NCBI RefSeq assembly: GCF_964355755.1
Contig: NC_092680.1
Coordinates: 558,001 to 622,000, forward strand
Direction of reading: 5' to 3'
DNA length: 64,000 bases
From: Antedon mediterranea
Lineage: Eukaryota > Animalia > Echinodermata
Below the pieces are notes generated by a model. That model was not told the DNA's origin, made no database searches, and saw nothing but the letters and a program-made list of their open reading frames with translations. Positions within the stretch are counted from its first letter, which is position 1. Each line of letters starts with the position of its first letter. The position numbers and the translations under genes were made by a program. Below, one piece after another: positions 12,671 to 25,166 of this stretch.

Positions 12671-13303
12671 TTTCCTCTTCAGAAACTTTTTGAAAAGGGA
12701 TGATTGGATCCTTTAAAAGTACTCCATTATTAAAATGAAGCAAATTGAAATTTATTAGTATACAAGTAACAAATGTCACTTTTAAAATTAATGTTTTCCT
12801 TCACCTCTTTGTTTAGGTAAAAGTTCAAAAGGATATAATAAACCATTATGAGTTTAAAATTTCAATAAATTATTGTTTTCATGTACACAGTACTTAGGAA
12901 CCAATATATAACATAAGTGTTTAGATAGAATGTATTACCTCTATTAAATTAAACAATGTAAACCATTAAAAAAGGTTTCAGGATTTTGACAATCTTTGAC
13001 AGTTGTAGTTTCAACAATTTATTTGGAGTTGGTTAGAGAGGGGCTGGGCAGGATGGGGACTCCTGGGTATGCCTATGACTTGTCACCAGTTAATTTTATT
13101 TACTTTTCCACTAAGTCCATGCCTTAAAATAATTGCTTAAAATCATGATTTACCTTAAAATAATTCTGTTTTATTTGAAAAATGTAACAAGCTTAAGACT
13201 GTACAGTAAAAAAATCTAATCTGAATAATTTTTTTTTCTACATTATAAATTTATAAGAATACTTTAGAACATTTTGTAGGCTGAAACCAACAAAAATTAA
13301 TGA

Positions 13304-13346
13304 ATTGATTATTATTGATTATTATTGATTATTATTGATTATTATT
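13304..13346. repeat. (attgattatt)n short tandem repeat
   Basis: 10-bp unit, about 4 copies. Confidence 0.9.
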
Positions 13347-14660
13347 TAAAAAATATAAATAAAGTGTAGGTATACCTATTAGAATAAAACTAATCCTTGT
13401 TGTATTTTCCTATCAAAAAGTTGATACAGTAATTCTTATTGAATTTCCATACACATGGCACATGTGTATCTATCTTACTACCCAAGCAACAAGGACTAGT
13501 AAATGGTTGGCCCATTGAAAACTCTACTCAAAATATGTAAAATGATCCCTTTGTTTCACAAAGTAAAATAATAAAGTCCAGAGTATAGGTTATTTCAGTG
13601 ATTTCTCCAATTACATAATAATAATGATATAGAATACTTGAACACTGATAAAGATACTCACATGTTAGCCTAACTATACCATAACAACAAAACTAGTCTT
13701 TACCTGCAGTCAGCATTAAAAGGCATTTCCTATAGTCAATCAATTCCAAAGACAGTTACTGCTAACCACTGTATAATAATATTAATGATAATCAAAATAG
13801 CCAGTTAAAATTCACAGTAAGAATATTGTTCCTTCAGCAGAGAGTTACACTATGCATATGATATCTGTATACATTGCTTCTATTTATACACCAATGCAGT
13901 GAGAAGAGCTGGTGGTTGGTTATTGCTTTATCTCAGTGAGTGAGTGAGCACTACTAATAATGGATCAGGCCGATGCACAACCATCCAAAGTGCTTCCTTG
14001 TATGTAAATGACTGAGAAAGAAGCAACATTTTAACGTATGTCCTCGGGGGATAAACAGAGAGAGCAGCGAAGAGCCAGCAAGATTCTACGTCTGTGTAAT
14101 TAAAACAGTACCAATTACCCCGCAGGTGTATTCTCTCAGAAGGGGGTGTAAGATGCTCTCTCTGTACATAGCCTACAGTTCCAATTATTACAGATATCTA
14201 CTATGGTGGACTTCTATGGACTCTTACCCTGCTGTGTTAGCTAAACTAGTTAATACATGCGTTTCCCATAGGACGTATAAACTTCTTGTTAAGCCATAAA
14301 TTTTCTACCAACTAGAATGAGAGGGTTTGGTAGAACTGATAGCACAGACAGTTATGATGAAGCTATACAAGTATTATCTTTATTTCAAAATCCTTCAGGT
14401 ATTCTCCTGGGTATTCTATAAAATAAATTTAATGGTAAAAAAATGTTATGGTAACAACATTTTATGGTAATAATATAGATATTTATGAACAATTATTCCA
14501 CTAAAGACAGTTACAATTATTTTCAAATTATACTTACAAGAATATTATAACAATTATATTTATTACTGTATACTAATATTTTTAAAAAAACAGTAAATAA
14601 AAATATCTCTGTATTAATTATTTATTCATATAGTTTATATTAATTTGTTAAATATCTAAT

Positions 14661-14875
14661 AAGAACACTAGTAAATAATAGCCCCATAGAACACTATAAG
14701 AACACTAGTAAATAATAGCCCTATAGAACACTATAAGAACACTAGTAAATAATAGCCCTATAGAACACTATAAGAACACTAGTAAATAATAGCCCTATAG
14801 AAAACTATAAGAACACTAGTAAATAATAGCCCTATAGAACACTATAAAAACACTAGTAAATAATAGCCCTATAGA
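14661..14875. repeat. 37-bp minisatellite, about 5.8 copies
   Basis: Unit aagaacactagtaaataatagccctatagaacactat. Confidence 0.95.
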
Positions 14876-16067
14876 TGTAATTAACAGATATACAATGAAC
14901 AAACAGTTATGTCAGAATTTTATTTAAATAATAAAAAAAATATAAAATATGAATCTATAAATAATTAAAATGATACATTTATTTTTAAATTTTATATAAC
15001 AATTTTGTTTTTACTAACAATGTTATTGAATCAACAGTTATCTTCAACAAAAGTAACACATTACTATAAAAATCAAGCAACAGTAATTAATTTAATTTGA
15101 TGAATAACATTATAAAATAAAATATATAATTAAATTCAAATATTTTGTGACCTTGCAGATATATAACAAGGATAGTTTTGTAAAAGTATTTTGACAATTT
15201 TTGATATACAAAAATATGTTACTAGGCCCTCTATCATTCAAATAAAGTCATGTAGACTTAGAAGTACAGACTTTATCAAGTATGCCTAATATATTGATTG
15301 ACAGATGGTGAAAAAGCATTTATTTTTCAAAATAAAAGAGAGAAAATGAGAAAACGTTTTACAATACACAAAATAAAATGAAAAAGAGAACAATTTTCTC
15401 AAGCAATAAATTTAAATATTTTACATTTATTCAATTAATATTTAATTTATTTTGAATAGAGCTATCAAAAATATTTAAAACAATTTAATTTTATATGATA
15501 CGAAATGAAGTTAGTATTTCATAATCAATTAAAACTTAAAATATATAGATTTTTATTTCAAAACGACCTGTTTCTTTAATCAAACCATAAATCATTGTTG
15601 ATTTCAAATAATAAATAAATCAGTAATGATTTAAACAATTTCTAAGTGATATTTTCAAACAGAATTCCAAAAGTAATTGATCAATTAATCAATTAGAATT
15701 AAAAAACAAATCCATCAATTAAAACAGAGAATCTTCAATCAAATACTAAAATAGAGGCATACAAGTCAAGTAAGATGAAAATCCATCAAACACTTTAATT
15801 GACCAATCAAATCAACAGTAATTAAGGTAGCAATCCATCAATCTATTACTTGACCAATCAAATCAATGCAAATTAACCAATCAATCTATCAATTAACCAA
15901 TCAAAATAAAGCTTCTATGTACATGATCAATCACTGTACCTCTGTTACATCACTGAAATGTAAATATAAAGAACGATCGAAAAAGAAACGAACAAACACA
16001 ATCAAACCGCAAAGGTCTTTCCACAAACACACACAAGGTTGGGTCTACTAAAATACCACAAATTTAC

Positions 16068-16096
16068 TCTTCAGCAAACGACGACGGAGACAAGAC
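16068..16096 (-). CDS. eya: Candidate alternative Eya exon (29 nt, phase 0-2): VLSPSSFAE(E)
   Basis: tgctttgtactag|GTCTTG...GAAGA|gtaaat; phase joins exon 9571-9689 without a stop. No homology support. Confidence 0.4.
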
Positions 16097-16363
16097 CTAG
16101 TACAAAGCACGTATATAGGTTAAACCATGCGGAGGTTAAACTCGAGAAACCGTCCACATTCACTACACACTATTCTTCTTAAAATGTTTAATGACAAAAG
16201 TTAATGCATTAGAAAGCAGTACACAGACTTCAGATATTTTTTTCTTCAGGAATATGCCACAGTTGATTCTCTTAATTGTGAATCTGAATTTTGCTTGCAG
16301 GCATTTGAATAAACATATCACAACAAACAAACAAAAAAGAGAGACACAGATTCTGCTACTCAC

Positions 16364-16384
16364 GGTCAAACAGCCCCAAGACAT
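16364..16384 (-). CDS. eya: Candidate alternative first coding exon segment: MSWGCLT
   Basis: aaaacATGTCTTGGGGCTGTTTGACC|gtgagt; phase-0 donor in a CpG-enriched patch, in frame with 16068-16096. Confidence 0.35.
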
Positions 16385-17493
16385 GTTTTTGCATAAAGGT
16401 CGAGCAGAAATACAATAATCACGGCACACACATTTGATTTGATTTCGATCAATTTAAAATGATCGGTTGAAATCGACGGACACTGTGATTAGATTACCGG
16501 TCAAGATAAGATTAGAGTTGACCATCAATATTGCAATTGACCATCGTCTTTGTTATATAAACTTACAATCTTGCTAAATGAAATCTTGGCAGTATTGAAT
16601 TTTAAATATTCCTGCGTCTTTGTATAAATACAGATGTGTTTTAGTTTGCTATATTCTAGATCACTATACAAATACACGTCTTTCATTATCAAAATTATCC
16701 AAATATTAATTAAGTTTTATTCATTCATAATAATATTTAAACCATTAAAAAGAATTTTCTAACTAAAATATCTTTGGGAAAAACTACTGAAAATATAGGG
16801 AACATGTTCTCAACAAAAATGTTGATTAGTAATAAAACTGCTGATCAAATCATTTTACAAAATTAAAAAATATGTTTGAAAAAATTTAAATATAATTATA
16901 TTATTGATGTTATTTTGATGTATTTTATATGGTTGATCTCTCATGCGAGGATTTTTTATTTAATAAAATGCAATTCAAATATTCTCAAATAATTATAACA
17001 GTGTTTGAATTTGTGTTAGCAGAATAGAAGTTTTAACATTACCTGTCATCTGTATTATTATACTGGTATATTACCAGTATATTCTATCATAATTAAAGTC
17101 ATAAAAAATGAAAAAAATTAATTTACTTTTTGACCACACTGAACTAATACAGCTTTCACCTTTTGGTTAGCAAGAACATAGTTTTAGTAAAATATTGTGA
17201 ATTTTAAATATCTTGGGAAAAGAACTATAGTAATGTACATAATTGGACGAAAGAAAACACTGATTTTGGGATGAAATATCATGCATATTATAGCATTTGA
17301 AATGTTAAGAATCTAAAATTCATATATTTACATGTTAAAATCATAAATATATTATTAGATTTTTGTGTATAAATAAATGTGTCCATGAAAAAGGATAAAA
17401 TAAATAAACACTTGTAATTACAGGTAATTTCTTATTATATTTGACTTTTATTTTATTTATACCATTCAATCTTATGCATATAAATTATAAATA

Positions 17494-17634
17494 CAGTGGA
17501 ACCCTTCCTTTGGGTCACCCCTACTAAGGGAACACTTTATTTTAAAACAAACAAGGAGATATATATGTTTTAACACTAAAAAACCCCATTCAAAGGAAAC
17601 TTGTCAAAGGTGTCACTTAATAGGGGTTACACTG
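17494..17634. mobile_element. Tc1/mariner (pogo/Tigger-like) MITE
   Basis: TA|CAGTGGAACCC ... GGGTTACACTG|TA: TIRs with TA duplication. Confidence 0.7.
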
Positions 17635-18239
17635 TATTTCAACAAGCATTTTGTCATCATATAATCTGTACAAATTAGTTAAAATAGGTTTTATCAGACA
17701 TTGTTAGATATCTCTTAATTTATTGCATTTTAAATGTTATTTCTTTTAAATGGCTTTATTTAATTCGGATTACCCATTAAGGTTCGTTTTCCTTTCAATT
17801 CTTGATCTCCCTAATGATGCACTTTAAAGACTACATCAAGGCAATCGTCTTAACTGCTTCACACTGGGCTGTTTTAAATACGAGCATACAATCTCAAGCA
17901 GTCATTATCCGGCAAAAAACGTTGATCATCCTTTACGACTGTTATGACAGAGCGATTGTGGTAATTCTCGATAGTTGAGTCTTCGCTTAGTTGGCTTCAA
18001 ACGCGTTTCATTGTAGTAATTTAACAGGCGTTATTAAGGCAATTTTGTTGTTTTCAAGCCTTCGTTTTATTCATCAGTGTCCACGCTGACGTTGCTGTAA
18101 CATTCACGGTGGTTTCAGCCCATTATGTCACTTGGTTTTATTATTAGTTTCTCGTAAATCACAAAGACTGGAAAAATCAATTCAGGTTGTCTTGTCATAC
18201 TGTACACAGACTGTATGCTGTCATCTCATCATTAAGGAA

Positions 18240-18317
18240 TATGCATTGTTGTCATAAAATGAATTGTTGTCATAAATGAATTGTTGTCATAATATGTATT
18301 GTTGTCATAATATGTAT
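18240..18317. repeat. 18-19-bp tandem repeat (attgttgtcataa core), 4 copies
   Basis: Directly visible. Confidence 0.85.
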
Positions 18318-20314
18318 ATATATTATGGTCTTTTTAGAAAAATAATGTTTTAGTATCAAATCTAATTTACTGGCAATTATAATTTATCATTTTAATAATA
18401 AATTTGATATTAACTGTAACAGGCAAAGACTGTTTTATGCCATTATTATAAGGAGTAGTAGAATAAGGATGGTATATTCAAGTACACTGATCATTACATA
18501 CACTGACCATTACAAGCACTTGTTCTGGCCAGCCAGGATGAGGGACTAAGTATTTAAGATAAATTTAAGATATTTTTGTGGAAGCGATTGAGCAATTTTT
18601 TTTATAGTTAGTCCATGACAGATGAAAATGGCAAGAAATAATAATTACATTTTTTTTTCTTCCAAAAATGGCCAAAATGCATTAAGTTCTAGTTAAATAA
18701 TACCTTCCACATAATTAATTAACTATTTCCAGGTATTACTATTATAAAGATGAAAGATAGATACCACCGAAGATGAGTAAAGACATTTCTGCTATAAGAA
18801 TTGGTTCTGATATAACAAAGACATCAGTCATTGGGAATAGAACATCACCGGGAAAAAACTTTACCATCGTGGGTCGTTAAAACCTTTAAAGCGAAAATTA
18901 TGATGATACGAACGAGTTGAGATAGGAAATAAAACATGCTACCAATTGAGACATCAACTTTTCATATCACCTGCGATATCTTAATCAGTAAGTAAAGAAC
19001 ATCAAATATAGAAGGATGTCATAAAATCATACAACAGAGGTTCTCAGGGGAGTCAGTAAATCGTAAAATGTTAATTGGACCACCGAGGTAATAAAAAACA
19101 CATTTCCAATTGCTGTAGTTTACAGATTTTACTCTATAAGCATATTATCATTATCTACTCATACTAAAAGGTCATACTTAAGACACATAATATAAATTTA
19201 ATATATAAATTATACATTGCAGGAAATACTTGTATATAATTTAATATATAAATTTAGGCTGAAAGAATTAGCTTAGTTCACTTTACGATACTACCATACT
19301 TTGTATATATTATATACATACAGTACATGAGGCATTTTTTTCCAAGATCTAGGCCCCTTTTAAATTGGCAGCTAAAATATGGAGTTGATTCAAATTTGAG
19401 TAACCTGTCCCATGACGCAGAAATGCTTAAAGTTAGGCTGGTGTTATTTGTGTAAAAAAGTATCATGGCAATGCTGCCACGTACCGTACCGTTGTTACCT
19501 ACAAATAGCCTGTAACAATTGTAGTAGGTGGCTTCAATGAGTAGACCATTTCTTGTCCTTCAAAGAGAGGGTAGTTTTTTGACAATCAAGAAACTTAACA
19601 TGGGCCAGTTTATAGATACTTGCAACTAAATTTACCGATTCAGATAAATTTTTTTTCGTTTATTTATTTGACCAGCATAAAATCAATACAATATAAATAT
19701 AAAAAAAAGGGATGAAAAAACGCTGAGCAGGGGTAGCTTAAGCACAATACATCGCTGTTACTCAAATGAGTCACCTACCCCTCATAAAACAAAAATAGAA
19801 TCTGAACACATTACAGGTTTGTTGTTAGCTCAGCAATGTGTTATTACTTAATCTAAAATTAATTTCAAATTATACCAAAACAAAACAAAAATTTTTGTTA
19901 TAAAAAAGTTTGCTCAAGAAATTTATCTTTCTTTTAATGATCTTTTCTATTTAAATCTATAACTTAATTAACATTTATATATCATTTATTGTTGGATTTC
20001 TTGATCATATAAAACTTGAGTTTATCCAATATAAGAAAGAAAAGTTGATGAATAAAGTATAAAATCTGAAACCTCAAGAAGGTCCTGAAAACAACCTACA
20101 TATTCTATGAGAACCTTATAAAATATGAAAAACTAATAAAAATAAATCTCCTGAGATAGTATATATATTTCTAGAATTCTAGTAGAATTTTACAAAACAA
20201 AGATGACATGACTATCACCGAGTGTATATTTCAGTAAGACGACTCACAAGAAAACGTTAAAATGGCAACATTTTAAGTGCTAAAATCTCAAGGGGTGGAA
20301 CACTCTTCTCTTAC

Positions 20315-20373
20315 CTTGACTCCGACGGATGTGTGTCTAGTCCGTTTTCGTCGTATCCACTGTGTCTTTTAAT
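20315..20373 (-). CDS. eya: Eya exon (59 nt, phase 0-2): IKRHSGYDENGLDTHPSES(R)
   Basis: ttttgtttctgcag| and AAG|gtaaga; joins to give ...SESRSMEIG, positionally like recalled EYA4 [21 protein letters not shown]. Confidence 0.8.
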
Positions 20374-20539
20374 CTGCAGAAACAAAACACAAATATTTCT
20401 TAATGCTTCAGAAAATTTAATTCCATATTATGTTGCTACAAAACGAATACCAGAAAATAAAACGCCTACGCTGAATCAAATACAACAGAACACTTTCGTT
20501 AATCCACACTTTGTTAGACTGTCTGGGAGTTTTTATCAT

Positions 20540-20760
20540 AGATGAACCTTGTGTGGGAGAGAGGTGTCCCGCTGTGAGAGAAATCTAGTCTATTAGGGCA
20601 AGGAGCAGTGCTAAAACGAAGGCATGAAAACAGAGTGATGAGAGCCGAGTGAAAACAGTGCATGATTATTTACTCAACAAAAGGCGAGCGGTGCGTGGTA
20701 TGAATCATGCTAACAGTTTAACGGCGCGATCACCTGAACGTCGCAATCTTTGTCACTTTA
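20540..20760 (-). promoter_or_regulatory. CpG-dense patch just upstream of the 59-nt exon; possible promoter or non-coding first exon
   Basis: Many CpGs (ggcgagcggtgcg, acggcgcgatc, aacgtcgc) in a CpG-poor background; no in-frame ATG exon found here. Confidence 0.35.
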
Positions 20761-21618
20761 CTTGACAATCTGTAACTAGTGTGACAAGCTTGTTACAAAA
20801 TACACTAAGTATTTTACTTAGTATTGATATTAATTTTTCTTACAAAACACAGTTAAGACACAGTTCTATATCCTTTTCTAAGATAGATATGATCGGATAT
20901 TTACACTTCAAAACAGGTAACAAAAACATATTCAATAGTTATAATGTCTGTGCTCAAAATATGTTTTAAACAATTTTAATGGTAAGTGGTATTTTACATT
21001 AATTAACTCACGCTTCTGATGCATAGAGCACTAACTAACGTTTGAAATATCAAAGGAAAATATGCCAATTTATTTTGCAGAAAATATTTGTTTATATACA
21101 CATGAAAAACAGTAAAATTTACCATATTTGGTAAACTTTGGATGGCATGATTTAAATTTTGTTTGATTAAAAATACACCAAATTTATTGAAAAAATCCAT
21201 CATGAAATAGAAACGTTTATGAAAGAGAGAACAGCCACAACTTATTAATTTCAATAAATATTAATGGTGGAATTAGATTATTATATTAATAGTTATAATA
21301 GTAGGGAATCGACTACATTAAAAGGGCAACAGATTAACATCAGCACCACTTTTAACAGGCCAACTCTAACACTATAAAGTTAATAGAAACTGGATACTAA
21401 AATACAATTCACCCTTATTACAGACTGTCGTGACCTTATAACATGCCCATCACATTCATTCCTCTGTTCTACAGACAGCTGCAATTTAGCTGCGATCTAG
21501 CTGCGTCTTTATTTTACGAATAATATTCAAAGCTTCTTAATAAGACGAGATACCATCTAAATACTGCAATCATCGTGAGTTGATTTGAAAGTACAGGACT
21601 TAAACAATCCTAAAAACA

Positions 21619-21938
21619 TGTTACGAACCGGGCTAGCACCTGGATGGTAGGTAGGGTCAGAAGTGCTTTGACACTGTCAATGGCCTCCGGAGTTTACCAG
21701 CTCACCAGGCCTCAGTAGGTGGCTGATCGTGTCCTGCCAGATACCATCTCACCTCATCAAGAGCTACTGCACTGTAGCCAATGCTTGCTGGCCACTGCTT
21801 CACCTAGGCTTACGCAGCTGCTTAGCAATAGTAAAGTTTAACAAGGGAGGGGGTCATCAATAGATATTAGAGGTGGTGGAATTTGGAAGGTGAATCGCAA
21901 GATCTCAAGGTGACGGGAACACCGGGACGTACCTGACA
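21619..21938. mobile_element. Possible solo LTR (320 bp)
   Basis: GC-rich block bounded by TGTTACG... and ...CCTGACA; no TSD found. Confidence 0.35.
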
Positions 21939-22880
21939 CATTTTCCTGCAGAGACAAGTCCTAGATATCCGTGCGGATGACCTTTGGTGTTTAGTAGGTC
22001 TTTGGTATTCATAATTAGCCTACCGACTGTTTTTACTTTTGTTGGATTTATTATCTTTTCTACTTAATTTAATTTTACAAAATTCTATCATCAGGTTTTA
22101 TTTATTTTTTGTTTTATTAATTTGTCATATGAATTAGTACCATTTAGACAGGCCTAATAATGCAATACGGCGAGAACACACTAAAACAATTAAAGCATTG
22201 ATGTTCTATAAATACAAACTTTTGTTTCATCAACATGTAAATACATACTATGTTATGATGTGTGTCCGTATACTTGTGTGTTTAGTAGCGTTTAAAACTA
22301 GAATTTCCCAATTTTTTTTTTTTAATATTGGACAATAAAAGTTTTTTTTTATTTGAATTTGAATTGTTTGAATTTACATTAGATTTTTACATGCTTACTG
22401 CTATTATGAATTCACACACACACACATTTTCTGATCATCTTCATAGTAAATTCAGTAGTAGTAGTTCAGGTAAATTTTATTTGAAAATCATTATAATTAA
22501 TCTTCATTTTCAAAACCATCAGTGAAAAAATATTACCGACTGTACAGTAATTATGACGAGGTCATACAGAAAGCTCATTTTAATTCTTTCAAAGAATTCA
22601 AGTATTTTCCTCGAGATAATTATCAATATTCATAACACAAAAATAAGAAGTAGCGTGTAATAAAAGTCGCGTACACAATTAACAAATATTATTATGAAGG
22701 CAACCTACAAATATGAATCTTTAATAACTTGTGACCCAGAAAGAATGATTATAACAAGGTTTGTAGGCCAATAATGTTAGGCTGATAAGGAAAGGCATTT
22801 GGATCAATACCAAACACTGGCAAAACAATAATCCTACAAATATTGAACCAGTTAAAGTGACACAAAAGTGCATCTGAATG

Positions 22881-22934
22881 AAGCTACGAGAATGATGCCA
22901 AGCTACGAGAATGAAGCCAAAAGCTACGAGAATG
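22881..22934. repeat. Three copies of aagctacgagaatg
   Basis: Directly visible. Confidence 0.85.
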
Positions 22935-24356
22935 GCGCAACGTTCTAAGCTACAAAGCTTCTGTTATCTTAATACCAATGAAAATAACTAGCAAATCCTC
23001 AAATCATTTTTTATTTAAATATTGCACAAATAAAATGTTAATTTTATATTTGTAACCAATGCAAATTTCGTATTAGTACTTAATCAAATGTACATGGAAT
23101 ACGGTAATGCAATCCAATCATGAATTGTTGGATGTAAAAAATGGTGGGTGAATATAATAAATAGATGACTGAATTATATGATGCAATGGTAAGGGAATCA
23201 GACAAGTGTACATAGAAAGCACATGTCCATAATCTTCATACAATTTAAAAAAAGAGATGATTTACTCTGGCTGCTGTGGGTCTATAGTAGGGCGTAATCC
23301 AAATGTCCTCAATTATTATACATTTTCATTGATATAGATAATAATATATAATATATAATAATAATAAATAAATGATGAAAGCAAGAAGAATGGATAGGTA
23401 GTTAGATGAAAAATAGATAGTTACTGAACAGACAGGTTACGAAGATTATGGAAAGCATGTATTGTGAATGAATGGTTCTATGAATGGAATCTCTATAGAA
23501 CAACATCATGAAATGGGTTCATATATTATATATATTATACACAGGTTGATTTTCAGTTGAAGTTGGATATATTAGATTAGGTTATGCTATAGTCAAATAA
23601 TTTCTTTTAATTTCTGAACAACACTATTGTCTTGTATCCTATACAAATTGTGTAATTGTCAACAAATTACTTCTTATTATACGTATTTTAAAATGTAATC
23701 AATTAATTATGACAAGCAGAAAACTATATGAATACACGTCAATTGAAATGATTGGCAGGTATGACAAGCTTGCGCTAATTCACTCCTTTATTTCAACTTG
23801 TTGGGTACGCGTCAACATTCTCGAAAATTGAGAAAATATTAATTGGAGATGTGTTTCGAAAACAATGAGAACTAAGCCATTGACATGAGTCTTGAAAAGC
23901 ATGCATAAGTGACGTGAATAGGAGAGGTGTTCGGTTTCCATTCTCTTTATCTGGCGTTCAGTATACCTTGAAACATTGTTCAATAAAGCTAATAATTTGC
24001 AGCAGGGCCTCACAAGCTCATCTGCTGTTTTAAACAGCTATTCTGTGTTAACGCCAATGTTTTTTCCCACCCCGCCTTACGAGCCACAAACAATAGACTA
24101 ACTAAATTAATTTTTTAAATGAGTGTTTCTACGACAACTGAACATCGACTAACAGGGGCGAACTTGGTAAATAGAAAATTTATTGCTCAATAATTTAATT
24201 ACAGGTGAATCAAAAAGCAATAAATAATGGATGAAACATCAATATTTTGACAATATGAAAAATGTTAAATAACTAGGTCTTTTCAAATTCGTTATTTAAA
24301 CTCTGCATTTAAAATCTGATCATAAAAATTATGCTTTAATTGCAAAATTTATTATA

Positions 24357-24430
24357 TATTTAATGGTAGACTACAATGTCTACATATCAAACAGAAAATT
24401 CCAGGTTCAAATCTTGGTGGGGACAGCTTC
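24357..24430 (+). mobile_element. Possible decayed tRNA-derived SINE head
   Basis: A-box-like TAATGGTAG and B-box GGTTCAAATC at tRNA-like spacing; no cloverleaf. Confidence 0.3.
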
Positions 24431-25066
24431 TTTTTGAACACACAACCCCTGTATAGTACACTATTAAATGTTAAGCAAACACGTACCTCTATTGTTAAAC
24501 ACCAAAGCCATATACAATATCCTCAACACCCGAACCTTATACACTATTAGATGATTAAAACCAAACCCTTATACACTATAAACACTGCATATGCTCTATC
24601 AATGCACAATTAAATGGTTAAAACCCAACCCTTATAGAACATTAAACAAGATTATCTAGTTTATACCAATATTAATTGCTGTTTTTCAGAATATATCACC
24701 AAACCCAAATTTGTCAGATTTCCTCCAAAGAGCAACAAACAAGGTTATCTAACATGTTAATTTGTCAATGAATTTGTAATTAACCAGGCAATAACCCCTC
24801 CTATAGGAAACACTTAATGAACTAAATTTTTTCCCTACGGAATAAAAACACAATATGGATTTCCTATTGCCAGGATGCTCCGGTCGTTTAAAATACGAAA
24901 ACACTTTGTGGGTATAGTCAAATACCAAGAATAAGATTCAGAATTTCCAAATACAAATTAATACATTGAATATTTACTATATTAATTGACTAAATTATAA
25001 AATTTAATATTAAAAATCAGTTTTTATTGTTATTATTTTATTTTTTATTCTTTATTTCTCTTTGTA

Positions 25067-25166
25067 GAGAGTTGCTGGTCAGGTTATTTGTGGCCTGAGA
25101 GTTGCTGGTCAGGTCATTTGTTGCTGGTCAGGTCATTTGTTGCTAGTCAGGTCATTTGTGGCCTGA
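25067..25166. repeat. Compound tandem repeat (gttgctggtcaggtcattt), about 4 copies
   Basis: Directly visible. Confidence 0.85.

Noticed and set aside
13905-14100. Possible SINE body
   Set aside because: Only a vague resemblance; no A/B boxes, TSD or second copy in the window.
21003-21254. 83-aa minus-strand ORF ending at a phase-0 gtgagt donor, as Eya first exon
   Set aside because: Intron-like AT-rich composition and no similarity to Eya N-termini; not excluded but unsupported.
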